NCBI GenBank assembly: GCA_036279215.1
Contig: DASUJO010000020.1
Span: 1 to 39,195 of the forward strand
Reading direction: 5' to 3'
Length of the DNA stretch: 39,195 nt
From: Candidatus Saccharimonadales bacterium
Lineage (GTDB): Bacteria > Patescibacteriota > Saccharimonadia > Saccharimonadales > UBA10212
The position numbers and the translations under genes were made by a program. This document shows positions 15,128 to 23,564 of this stretch, piece by piece (the stretch's first letter is position 1; the number at the start of each line of letters is the position of its first letter). A model generated the notes under the pieces. It saw only the letters and a list, made by a program, of their open reading frames with translations. It ran no database searches and was not told where the DNA came from.

Positions 15128-15157
15128 ATTATAGGCCTGCCAGCGCGTACTTTTCAA
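15128..15157 (-). promoter_or_regulatory. Near-consensus promoter TTGAAA-18-TATAAT driving the 87-aa ORF with a ~190-nt leader
   Basis: On the minus strand, TTGAAA (15157-15152), an 18-nt spacer, and TATAAT (15133-15128). The ATG is at 14932. Confidence 0.5.
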
Positions 15158-15199
15158 GCATTAAATTCAGACACCGCTATGGTTTTTCACCTCTGTTTT

Positions 15200-15208
15200 T
15201 GCTAAAAT
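15200..15208 (+). promoter_or_regulatory. Extended -10 element TGcTAAAAT upstream of tRNA-Glu
   Basis: The 13-mer TTTTTGCTAAAAT is the same as at the 7557-7585 promoter. It lies about 128 nt upstream of the tRNA 5' end. The -35 is weak. Confidence 0.35.
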
Positions 15209-15335
15209 TATATCCGTTCTAATTACAAAAACGCGGCATCTGGTCGAGCCATGTTTTTGAGAGGAGGAAGCGAGCCGAGGCTGCAAATAAGCAAATTATT
15301 CTTGTTTACGAAAGCCGTTGCCTCGATTCCGACGC

Positions 15336-15410
15336 GGTCCCATCGTCTAGTGGTTAGGACACTGGGTTCTCATCCCAGCAACAGGGGTTCGACTCCCCTT
15401 GGGATCACCA
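15336..15410 (+). tRNA. tRNA-Glu (anticodon CTC), CCA encoded
   Basis: Hand-folded cloverleaf: acceptor GGTCCCA/TGGGATC (one G-U), D arm GTCT..GGAC, anticodon stem CTGGG/CCCAG with loop TTCTCAT, T arm AGGGG-TTCGACT-CCCCT, then A-CCA. It closely parallels E. coli tRNA-Glu. Confidence 0.9.
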
Positions 15411-16568
15411 CTATTGATTTGATTGTGCGGCCGGCTTCGGCGCGGACCAAGTGACCTGGTTGGTGGCGCCGACAGCTACTAACCAAGTCTGGCCGGCGTC
15501 GAGCGCGATGGTTTTGCCGGCGCTATCCGTGAACGAGAATTGGGATGAGCGGTTTTTCTTGTGCCAGACGCCTTTAGTGACATTGCCGTCCTGGAAAACG
15601 TACATTACACCTTTACCGTAAGTATTGTACCGGCTGTGGTAGCCGTCTGACTCTATGCCGTAAGGCATCACCAGCGCAACCAGAACCTTAGGATGAATCT
15701 GTTTTGGGTGTTTATCGTTGGGTGAGGCAAGCTGGACGTGCTTAGCGCCTCCCTCGCTGCGGTAATAAGTATTGCTTTTGGCGTCGTATTTATAAGACGA
15801 GTTATAGCTGCCGCTGGATATATTTACATTGATGGTAACCGCTTTTGGCGTAGGCAGCGGCTGATCGTCTTTGCGCTCCCAAGAAGTAAACTTACTATGT
15901 TTATAACCTTTGGATTTATTTAATTTATCCAGGTTCTTAAAGCTTGTGTACATGTTATGCGGCGCGGCTCGTGATGACTGGCGCCAATATGCCCCGGGGT
16001 TAAAGAACTGGTCTAAATCTTTGCCTTTGCTCCTAATTTGTTTAAGGGCTTCCGGGCTGCCGCCCACATGCGCTATGCCGGCGTCAAACGGCGTCGCCCA
16101 GTCTATGTAATAAGGGCGCAGCGATCGCACCGGGCCGACGTATTGCGGCTGAGACTCCTGGAATAAAGACAAGAACCGGGTAATCCCTGCTTCAGCGATA
16201 GCTTCATAAACCACCCCTGCTTCGTTAAGGCCGGATTGCGGCCGGGCATCTAGACTGTTCTCTATCATCACGCCTGTGACCGGCCGCTCGGCCAACGCCG
16301 GGTCCACCTGCATTCCGGTTAACGGCGACGCAACAGTTTTGGGCGGTATCTCATGATGTTCGCCGATGATTACATCAGGTTGCGAATCCGGCTGGATGAG
16401 GGTGAAATAACCCAGGGCTGCGGCGCCGAACAGCAGGAGCGCGGCGCTGATTATTCCAAAACGCAAATTCCGGCTAAGGCCCTTCCACCAATGCTTAAGG
16501 CGCTGCCAGAAGTTCATTTTAAGTTGGTCGCCCGCCCCTTTTGGCGGTTCTTCTATATCTTGGAACAC
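15411..16568 (-). CDS. DUF3048 (YerB-like) membrane-anchored protein
   Basis: N-terminal TM 'FGIISAALLLFGAAALGYFTLI', then 'VMIENSLDARPQSGLNEAGVVYEAIAEAGITRFLSLF' and 'RSLRPYY', typical of DUF3048. The stop abuts the tRNA-Glu 3' end. Confidence 0.75.
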   Translation of the reverse strand: MFQDIEEPPKGAGDQLKMNFWQRLKHWWKGLSRNLRFGIISAALLLFGAAALGYFTLIQPDSQPDVIIGEHHEIPPKTVASPLTGMQVDPALAERPVTGVMIENSLDARPQSGLNEAGVVYEAIAEAGITRFLSLFQESQPQYVGPVRSLRPYYIDWATPFDAGIAHVGGSPEALKQIRSKGKDLDQFFNPGAYWRQSSRAAPHNMYTSFKNLDKLNKSKGYKHSKFTSWERKDDQPLPTPKAVTINVNISSGSYNSSYKYDAKSNTYYRSEGGAKHVQLASPNDKHPKQIHPKVLVALVMPYGIESDGYHSRYNTYGKGVMYVFQDGNVTKGVWHKKNRSSQFSFTDSAGKTIALDAGQTWLVAVGATNQVTWSAPKPAAQSNQ

Positions 16569-16593
16569 TTCTGATTATTTTAACACAGGCGTT

Positions 16594-18018
16594 TTACCCT
16601 ATGGCGCTGACGGCGGTTTTTAGCCGCTTAATAACCCGGTCTTTGCCAAGTAAATTCAGTGTTTCGGCCAAGCCGGGGCTGGCCGGCGACCAGGTTGTGG
16701 CAATCCTAATCAAGCTGAACAGTATGCCTGGTTTTTCGCCGGTGTCTTCCAGTAATTTATTTAAAGCGCCGTTTAATGTTTCAGTTGAGAATTCCGTGCC
16801 TTCCAGCGCAGCCAGCGATTTTTGCAGCAATTCGGCTTGGGCGGCCCTGCCGATTGCCGATAGCTGCTTATTGCCGTCTATCAGCTCTAAATTTACCGGC
16901 AAATCGCGAAAAAAGAAGTCGGTCAGCCCTGGCAGTTCCGATAAATGCTTTAACCGCTCTTGAACAAGCCCCAGAACCTGCTTTTTATAGCTATCCTGCT
17001 CATGCATAGCCGATTCAGGCCAAAAGCCCTCAGACAGCCCGTAGAGCGCTTCCAGCGGCTTTTGCCTTATCCAGTGGCCGTTTATCCATTCCAGCCGTTT
17101 TTCATCAATTTTGGCGCCGCCTTTTTGGACTCGCCCTAGTTCAAATTTTTTAATAAGGTCGCTAACTGAAAAAATCTCTTGCTCGGTGCCGTCGTGCCAG
17201 CCCAGGGTCGCTAAAAAATTCACCATCGCATCAGCCAGATATCCATCAGCCCGGTAATCCAATAAGTCTTTAGCGCCGTCGCGCTTTGACAGCTTTTTTT
17301 GGCCGTCCGGACCCAATACATACGGTAATGTAGCAAGCTTTGGCGTCCTGATACCAAGAGCTTCATAAAGGTTAAGAAACCTCGGCACCGATGGAAGGAA
17401 CTCCTGAGAACGGATAATATGCGAGCATTCCATCAGGTGGTCGTCTACTATATGCGCGAAGTTATAGGTCGGATAACCGTCCGATTTAATTAAAATGAAG
17501 TCATCTACTGAATCCGGTCCGGCAGATAAGCCGCCCATAACTTCGTCATGCCATTTATATGCTTTTGGTTCAGACTTGAACCTTAGAGGCTGTTTGCCAT
17601 CCCATTCAGGCGGGTTTTTCGGGCGGTGTTCGCGGAAAAGAAATGGCTTTTTAGCGGCCGCCGAGTCTTTTCTGAGCTTTTCAAGCTCGTCCGGGCTATA
17701 TGGGTCGGCGTATGCCCGGCCGTTATTAAGTAGTTTTTCCGCCCAAGCTTGATAGATTTCCAGCCGCTCGCTCTGGCGGTACGGCCCGTGTTCACCGTTT
17801 GTATCCGGGCCCTCATCCCACACCAGGCCCAGCCACTTTAGGCATTCCATGATGTGTTTTTCGGACTCTTCAACATGCCTCATCCGGTCAGTGTCTTCTA
17901 TGCGTAAAACAAACTTGCCACCGGTCTGGCGCGCAACCAGCCAGGCGAACAAAGCCGTCCGTACGCCGCCCAAATGCAAGTAGCCCGTCGGGCTGGGCGC
18001 GAACCTGGTTCTAACCAT
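16594..18018 (-). CDS. gltX: Glutamate--tRNA ligase
   Basis: 'RFAPSPTGYLHLGG' (HIGH) and 'KLSKRDG' (KMSKS), with class I GluRS architecture. Confidence 0.95.
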   Translation of the reverse strand: MVRTRFAPSPTGYLHLGGVRTALFAWLVARQTGGKFVLRIEDTDRMRHVEESEKHIMECLKWLGLVWDEGPDTNGEHGPYRQSERLEIYQAWAEKLLNNGRAYADPYSPDELEKLRKDSAAAKKPFLFREHRPKNPPEWDGKQPLRFKSEPKAYKWHDEVMGGLSAGPDSVDDFILIKSDGYPTYNFAHIVDDHLMECSHIIRSQEFLPSVPRFLNLYEALGIRTPKLATLPYVLGPDGQKKLSKRDGAKDLLDYRADGYLADAMVNFLATLGWHDGTEQEIFSVSDLIKKFELGRVQKGGAKIDEKRLEWINGHWIRQKPLEALYGLSEGFWPESAMHEQDSYKKQVLGLVQERLKHLSELPGLTDFFFRDLPVNLELIDGNKQLSAIGRAAQAELLQKSLAALEGTEFSTETLNGALNKLLEDTGEKPGILFSLIRIATTWSPASPGLAETLNLLGKDRVIKRLKTAVSAIG

Positions 18019-18030
18019 GCTTATAGGTTA

Positions 18031-18057
18031 TAGGGTTTACGGCCTAGGGTCTAGGGT
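18031..18057 (-). repeat. Three exact ACCCTA hexamers in the 47-nt spacer upstream of gltX
   Basis: The plus strand has TAGGGT at 18031-18036, 18045-18050 and 18052-18057 (spacings 14 and 7 nt), plus a degenerate TAGGT at 18024-18028. Confidence 0.4.
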
Positions 18058-18065
18058 AAAGCGTT

Positions 18066-19154
18066 CTAAAGTATGCTGCCGGCAATCTTGAAAATTTCTG
18101 ATGGATCCAGCTGGCAATGGTCGTTGATACTGAACTTCTTGCCATCGTTAACCCAAGTAGCACGGCAGTCTGCGCTGTGGTAATAAACAGTGGTTCCCTT
18201 CACTTGTGAAGTTTGTACCTGGGAGTCATCAGGCACCGCGTTATCATCCAGCGATGAGCTATTCCAGGCAGATGCCTGCTGTTCCAGCGTGTATGTGTGG
18301 TCGCCGGCGTCTTTATAAGTCATGCTTATAGCCCCTTGCTGGTATTTGATAGGGCCGGAGAATTTGAAACCTGAAGGCGTATATGCCGGCATTGAACCCT
18401 TTACCTGCGCCCGCAGCGAGGCAACCTTCATCGATACGTCCGGCACGTTATGCCATACGAATACCGTAGCAGCCGATACTACGGCTAGCAGTGCAAAGCT
18501 GAAAGCCATCCACCGCGGCATTATCCGAAACTTCCCAAATACCCCTTTGCGCTCACGCTTTTGCGTCTTCTTATGGGAATCGGCACGGATTAGGGCTTCA
18601 TCTAGCATTCGCTCCAGCCGCTGGTGGGATACGCTCGTAACCATGCTAGGCAGCGGTTTACCGATTGCGGTTGTTGCTTTGCCGGCTTTGGAGTGGATAG
18701 CCGCGCCGCCGGATTTAACGCTAGGCCCGATTTTGGTTATTGCCGATTTTGTATGGCTTATCGGCGCTCCAAAACGCTGGACCCGAGAATTCCTGACAGC
18801 ATTCATGGCGCGTGAAACCCTTGCCGGATTCGGCGCGCCGGTCCGGGCTTTCTTTACCGGCGATTTGTAATCTATAGTCTTTAAACCCTTCGGTTTCTTA
18901 ACCGCGGTACGCATCAGTGTGCTGGAATGCTGCGCGCGGCTATGGACTGTTTGGGCAGGACTGTAGTCCTTGATATTGCTTAATTCTTTAGTAGTTGAAG
19001 ATATCTTGAATGCGGCTTTTTTAATAACTCGCGATGGCTGCGGCTTGCGCATAAAGCCGTCTATAACCGGGCCTTTAGGGTGATGAAATAACCGCCCGTT
19101 CTTTGCGTCGTATAACTGGCCGTTTATTTCAATGAGGCTAGGTTTTTGTCCCAC
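18066..19154 (-). CDS. Hypothetical single-pass membrane protein with basic disordered cytoplasmic N-terminus and extracytoplasmic beta-rich C-terminal domain
   Basis: 362-aa ORF with TM 'WMAFSFALLAVVSAATVFVW'. The C-terminal 'YTPSGFKFSGPIKYQQGAISMTYKD...TLEQQ' vaguely resembles DUF4367/anti-sigma C-terminal domains. Confidence 0.5.
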   Translation of the reverse strand: MGQKPSLIEINGQLYDAKNGRLFHHPKGPVIDGFMRKPQPSRVIKKAAFKISSTTKELSNIKDYSPAQTVHSRAQHSSTLMRTAVKKPKGLKTIDYKSPVKKARTGAPNPARVSRAMNAVRNSRVQRFGAPISHTKSAITKIGPSVKSGGAAIHSKAGKATTAIGKPLPSMVTSVSHQRLERMLDEALIRADSHKKTQKRERKGVFGKFRIMPRWMAFSFALLAVVSAATVFVWHNVPDVSMKVASLRAQVKGSMPAYTPSGFKFSGPIKYQQGAISMTYKDAGDHTYTLEQQASAWNSSSLDDNAVPDDSQVQTSQVKGTTVYYHSADCRATWVNDGKKFSINDHCQLDPSEIFKIAGSIL

Positions 19155-19279
19155 TTTTATCTAATGGCTCTCTGTTTGACAACGAAATTAATAATACACC
19201 ATAAGCCCAATAGTGTGCAATACTTAAGTACAGGTTCAGAAAAATAGAAGAAACTATAAGCCCAAGATAAACTAGATAT

Positions 19280-20761
19280 ATGGACTTTTTAGATCCGCGT
19301 AAAAGACGGGCGCATTCCATCCGGCTGTTTGTAGGCTACATCCTTGTCGCCATAGCCATAGGGCTGGGCGGCTGGCTGCTTCTGAACGCCGCCAGCGGCT
19401 ACGGCGTTAACCCCAAAACCGGTGATATCGTGCAAAACAGCTTGCTGTTCGTGAATTCTAATCCGGGCGGCGCCGATGTTTATATAAACGACCAGCTTCA
19501 GAGTTCTAAAACCGCCGCCCGGCTCATATTGCCGGCTGGCAGTTATAAACTATCCATTAAAAAAGACGGATACCGCGACTGGACCAGGACTGTAACGCTC
19601 GATGAAAGCTCGGTTGCGCGGTACGTTTACCCTTTCCTTTTCCCTTCAGAACCAAGGGTTGTAGCCCTTAAGACATACGATAAGCAGCCACCACTAATAA
19701 CCCAAAGCCCAGACAGGCGATGGCTGCTGGTCCAGCGTCCGGCATTGTCGAACGGCGATGTAGTCTTTGACGAATACGATACAAAAGCATTTCAGAAAGC
19801 GCCCCAGCCACTGGTAGTGCCTAGCGGTGTGTTTAGTACCACCACCGGTAGCGTTCTGAAGGAGGTGGAATGGTCTACCGATAACAAGAACGTTATCTTA
19901 AGCAACAGCTACAAAGGAGGCAGCGAATTTATAATTTTTAACCGCGATGTACCAGCTCAGTCAGTAAATATCAATAAAATATTTAAAGTGTCACCTACCC
20001 AGGTAGCATTACGCGATAAAAAAATAAGCCAGCTTTATATTTACACTAAAAAAGACGGCAAACTTCTGGTTGCTAATACGTCAAACTCCAAGCTGTCGCC
20101 TTTGCTTAACGATGTAATTGCTTTTAAGCCGTCCGGGCCTAATCTTATAAATTACGTCAGCGCCGCCGGCGCGCCCAAGGATATGGCTTTGGCGAGGATA
20201 TGGGACGGAAAACTGTCTTATACCCTGCACACCTTTAAAGCCGGAAAACAGTATTTAATCGATGAAGCCCAATTCCAGGGTCACTGGTACTATGTGGCCG
20301 GAAGCAGCTCAGACGAGCGGGTAAATGTGTACAAAGACCCGCTTGATACTCTTAAAAACGCGTCGATAAGGCATGCGTCGCCCATACTTTCATTAAGCCT
20401 ACTTGGCGCAACCGAAGTATCTTTCTCGAACAATACGCGGTTCATAGAAGCCCAGAACGGGCATGATTTTTCCGTTTATGACTTGGAGCAGAAAAATTTT
20501 TACCGTTATACATTAGATGCCCCTATGGCGGCCGTTCTGCATTGGATGGACGGGCACAGGCTAATCGGGCAGTCGCAAGGCAAATTTTTTGCAATGGATT
20601 ACGACTCTACCAACCAGCAGCTGCTGACCGCGTCAAATTACACCCGGGGCGGCTTTTTTGACACTTCTTATCAACAGCTTTTTATAACGACGACGCAAAA
20701 AAAAGGCGTGGTCTTAAGCGCGGCCGATATGCGCGCCGGGGTCGATTTACCGCCCCAGTAA
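19280..20761 (+). CDS. PEGA-domain membrane-anchored surface protein
   Basis: N-terminal TM 'LFVGYILVAIAIGLGGWLLL'. 'VNSNPGGADVYINDQLQSSKTAARLILPAGSYKLSIKKDGYRDW' matches the PEGA motif. The C-terminus is long and beta-rich. Confidence 0.75.
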   Translation: MDFLDPRKRRAHSIRLFVGYILVAIAIGLGGWLLLNAASGYGVNPKTGDIVQNSLLFVNSNPGGADVYINDQLQSSKTAARLILPAGSYKLSIKKDGYRDWTRTVTLDESSVARYVYPFLFPSEPRVVALKTYDKQPPLITQSPDRRWLLVQRPALSNGDVVFDEYDTKAFQKAPQPLVVPSGVFSTTTGSVLKEVEWSTDNKNVILSNSYKGGSEFIIFNRDVPAQSVNINKIFKVSPTQVALRDKKISQLYIYTKKDGKLLVANTSNSKLSPLLNDVIAFKPSGPNLINYVSAAGAPKDMALARIWDGKLSYTLHTFKAGKQYLIDEAQFQGHWYYVAGSSSDERVNVYKDPLDTLKNASIRHASPILSLSLLGATEVSFSNNTRFIEAQNGHDFSVYDLEQKNFYRYTLDAPMAAVLHWMDGHRLIGQSQGKFFAMDYDSTNQQLLTASNYTRGGFFDTSYQQLFITTTQKKGVVLSAADMRAGVDLPPQ

Positions 20762-21904
20762 ATTCCAAATCCGCGACCACAGGCTTTCGGAATTGCTGGG
20801 AATTACTTTCGTTTGTTCAGCAATACGGCCCTTTGACTGTAGAGGCTTGTTCTTGGACGGGCTGGGGCTTATCTGTTCGCCTGTTACAACAAGACGATTG
20901 ATACTCGTACCCGGCGGGTCGCAAGTTATAAGCGTGGCTGTCGCTGCCCTATCTGACGGGCCTAGCACGGACACATCGTTCGGTTTTACGATTTTCTTCT
21001 GGTAAACCTCGTAAGTGTAGCGTTTGCCGTCTTTTTGCAGATAAAACGTGTCTCCGGGTTCCAGGCGGCTCAGAAGCACGAAAGCGAATTTATACTTGCC
21101 TTTATTAAAGATATTGTTAGACGAGTGGCCAACAAAAACTGCGTTGCCGTTATATCCTGGCAGCGCCGTATCTGCATAGTGCACCACGCCGCCTTCCAGA
21201 GCATTCTGGATGGCCTCTTCATCGATGGTTTTCAGGTTGTAAATTACCGGTATCTGGACATTTATTTTAGGGATGATTATTTGCGGGTCCGGTCCGACAG
21301 GCGTATTGGTTATAAGCGGAACGTTGCTAAGGCTTCGGCTCGGCTGGATGAAAGGCGCGATAAACCGTTCGTTAAAAAAGCTGAACAAAACTACGAAGAT
21401 TACAACTATACCGGCGCTTATGCCGAACGCTAAAGAATGGAAAGGATTGCTTTTTGCCTTGCGCAGCTTTGCCGGCCTGGCGTCAGCCATGCTGGGAACG
21501 ATGAGGTCGTTCGATTCGCGCTTAGTATCTTTCTTTGCTTCGGCGGCCTGGGCGGCATAAAATTCCTGCCAGACAATATGCTTCTCGCTGTCCGGCAGCG
21601 ATGTGTAATACTCATGCCACTCAGTCTGGACCTCAGCTACCGGCTTACCGGAATTCATTAGATTCTGGATATACTTCTGGTGTTTGGAGCTCGAGGCGCC
21701 GTCTTGTGCTCTGACCGCCTGAATCTCGGCAGCGGCATTAGGTTCAGACGAGTAAGCTTCTTCTACCTTCCTTCTTATAAGATCGGCCGCCGGATTACCA
21801 GGCGCTTTATTTTTCTTAATTGGCGAGGTATCGTCTTGCCCTGGCAACTTATAGGTTTCGTCATCCATAATAATTGTGCTTTTATATCCCTGTTCATTGT
21901 ACAA
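20747..21904 (-). CDS. Sortase-family transpeptidase with long cytoplasmic N-terminal region
   Basis: TM 'LAFGISAGIVVIFVVLFSFF', catalytic-His region 'NAVFVGHSSN', 'TLITCDPPG' (TLxTC) and 'NRLVVTGE' (Arg). Confidence 0.85.
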   Translation of the reverse strand: MYNEQGYKSTIIMDDETYKLPGQDDTSPIKKNKAPGNPAADLIRRKVEEAYSSEPNAAAEIQAVRAQDGASSSKHQKYIQNLMNSGKPVAEVQTEWHEYYTSLPDSEKHIVWQEFYAAQAAEAKKDTKRESNDLIVPSMADARPAKLRKAKSNPFHSLAFGISAGIVVIFVVLFSFFNERFIAPFIQPSRSLSNVPLITNTPVGPDPQIIIPKINVQIPVIYNLKTIDEEAIQNALEGGVVHYADTALPGYNGNAVFVGHSSNNIFNKGKYKFAFVLLSRLEPGDTFYLQKDGKRYTYEVYQKKIVKPNDVSVLGPSDRAATATLITCDPPGTSINRLVVTGEQISPSPSKNKPLQSKGRIAEQTKVIPSNSESLWSRIWNLLGR

Positions 21905-21916
21905 TATATCTGTTAA

Positions 21917-22003
21917 GGCGCCCTGGTGGAATTGGTAGACACGCTGGACTCAAAATCCTGTGAGCGCAAGCTCGTGACGGTTCAAGTCCGTCGGGCGCCA
22001 CCA
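21917..22003 (+). tRNA. tRNA-Leu (anticodon CAA), class II long variable arm, CCA encoded
   Basis: Acceptor GGCGCCC/GGGCGCC, anticodon loop CTCAAAA, variable arm GAGC-GCAA-GCTC, T arm GACGG-TTCAAGT-CCGTC, then A-CCA. There is one U-U mismatch in the anticodon stem. Confidence 0.85.
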
Positions 22004-22016
22004 CACGTCAGCAAAT

Positions 22017-22045
22017 ACCTGCCCTACTAGCAGGTTCTTTATTTA
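22017..22045 (+). terminator. Possible terminator after tRNA-Leu
   Basis: A 6-bp stem ACCTGC/GCAGGT (22017-22022/22030-22035) followed by TCTTTATTTA. Confidence 0.4.
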
Positions 22046-22090
22046 TAACTGCGCATCCGAGCCCTGCAATAGGGATCCGTCTCCAAACGT

Positions 22091-22918
22091 TTACACGCTT
22101 ATCATATAGTCGTATATAGCAGTAGTAAGGGCTTCGAGTGGCTTTTTAGGATTTTGCAGGCGCCATACGGCGGCGTATGCGGCCAATTCGGCCTGCCAGT
22201 TTTGCTTATCTCTTACAGGTGTGGTACTGGTTTTGCCGCCGAAGCTGGCGACGTAATGCTCCGAATGCATTGTTATAATTTCTGCCCTCCAGCCGTTCAG
22301 AAGCTTTACGAGATCCATCAAGTTCATAGCATGCCGGACGGGCGGCTGCGGATGATTGGTTTTACCTAATTTCTGAAGTTTTCCCATATTTATAACCGCC
22401 AGAGTTTCCGGCCGGCTCATAAGCGGACTGTTTACATCCAAAAAATAATCCAGGGAGTCCTGCGCAACCGTGATGTGCCCGGCGCACTTTTCCATGAAAG
22501 AACTTAGTAAGACTGCTGTTTCAGAATTGCGTCCAAAATCGCCGGCCAATAATACCGAATCAGCCCATCCGGCGCCATCCAATATCATATCAAGTGCTCG
22601 CTTGGCAAAACTGCCGTTTGGGGTGTGAGGCGCGAAGTCCGTCTCGGTAAATGCCGGCCCGACCGTTTTGCGCAGCGATTCCGGCAAGATTACCCTGGCT
22701 GAACCGATTCCGGCTGTCTGGGCGGCATTATAAGCCGCGACAGGCGCCGCAAAACCGTGCGCATTCCCGCCGATTATAAGCAGTTTTCCGGCTTGGCGCT
22801 TGTTTTCCGGCCGGCTCCATATCAGATCCTCAAACAGCGGCTTTTCAGCTGTTTGTCTTAGCCAATTGGTATTTTCCATCCTTTTTCTCCAGCTCGTAAT
22901 ACATGTTTTTTCGCTCAA
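22091..22918 (-). CDS. YjeF_C / NAD(P)H-hydrate dehydratase-like carbohydrate-kinase-fold protein, possibly degenerate
   Basis: 'GKLLIIGGNAHGFAAPVAAYNAAQTAGIGSARVILP' and 'DSVLLAGDFGRNSE' fit the YjeF C-terminal domain. I do not see the C-terminal GxGD motif. The start is uncertain (M1 at 22918 or M14 at 22879), and both overlap the upstream gene. Confidence 0.45.
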   Translation of the reverse strand: MSEKTCITSWRKRMENTNWLRQTAEKPLFEDLIWSRPENKRQAGKLLIIGGNAHGFAAPVAAYNAAQTAGIGSARVILPESLRKTVGPAFTETDFAPHTPNGSFAKRALDMILDGAGWADSVLLAGDFGRNSETAVLLSSFMEKCAGHITVAQDSLDYFLDVNSPLMSRPETLAVINMGKLQKLGKTNHPQPPVRHAMNLMDLVKLLNGWRAEIITMHSEHYVASFGGKTSTTPVRDKQNWQAELAAYAAVWRLQNPKKPLEALTTAIYDYMISV

Positions 22919-23564
22919 TTACTACCTTCCAGCCTTTGCGCCGGGCGTGTTCAAACAGATGCTGCTCCGGGTTAAATGCGATCGGCAGTTCTACCATTTC
23001 CAGCATGGCGATATCTGACGCGCTATCACCAACCGCGATACTGCCTTCGTAACTAAGCGAGTGTTTGCGGACCAGCTCCATAAGAACCTTATCTTTTTGG
23101 TGCGACGCCACAATCTTTTTGCCGGTAAAACCCTTTTCACTTCGCTCATAGACCGTCGCTTCAAAATCATCAAAGCCGTAATATCCGGCGATTTTTTTGA
23201 TTATTTCCGTCTGCGAACCGGAAATCGCCAGGAGCATGTAATCCTGCTGCTCCAGCTTTTTAATTAGTTCCCGTGTATATACATATACCTGGTCTTTGTA
23301 CTCTTTAAAAACTGCGTCAATTGCTTTATCAAGCTCGGCAAAAGTAAGTTTTTTGATTGCCAGCTCGTAAACCTTTATCACCTCGATTTCGTAGTCGCGG
23401 AAAGACGCTTCAGTACGCTTTTTCCAGGCCATCCTGGCATCTTTCATCCGGCGGTAGGTTCTGGCGCAAATGTATCCGCGCCTGGCCAGCTCATCCGCCA
23501 GTGCATGGTAAAGCTGCCAGCGTATTAGCGTGCCGTCGATATCAAAGGCGGCGAATTTTTTCAT
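22845..23564 (-). CDS. HAD-IB family hydrolase (SerB-like phosphatase)
   Basis: Motif I 'AAFDIDGTL', 'LLAISGS' and motif IV 'VGDSASD'. Confidence 0.8.
   Translation of the reverse strand: MKKFAAFDIDGTLIRWQLYHALADELARRGYICARTYRRMKDARMAWKKRTEASFRDYEIEVIKVYELAIKKLTFAELDKAIDAVFKEYKDQVYVYTRELIKKLEQQDYMLLAISGSQTEIIKKIAGYYGFDDFEATVYERSEKGFTGKKIVASHQKDKVLMELVRKHSLSYEGSIAVGDSASDIAMLEMVELPIAFNPEQHLFEHARRKGWKVVIERKNMYYELEKKDGKYQLAKTNS

Noticed and set aside
14984-15335. tmRNA-like 5' motif GGGGGTGTCAGCAGACGGATTTGGCG upstream of tRNA-Glu (smpB is present in the window)
   Set aside because: There is no matching 3' acceptor/T-arm ending in CACCCCC-ACCA. No tag-like reading frame ends in ...LAA-stop. The space is occupied by tRNA-Glu and by the minus-strand leader of the 87-aa ORF.
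15007-15454. ORFs 15007-15222 (71 aa) and 15251-15454 (67 aa) on the plus strand
   Set aside because: The first lies in the promoter/leader region and has no RBS or family resemblance. The second reads straight through tRNA-Glu.
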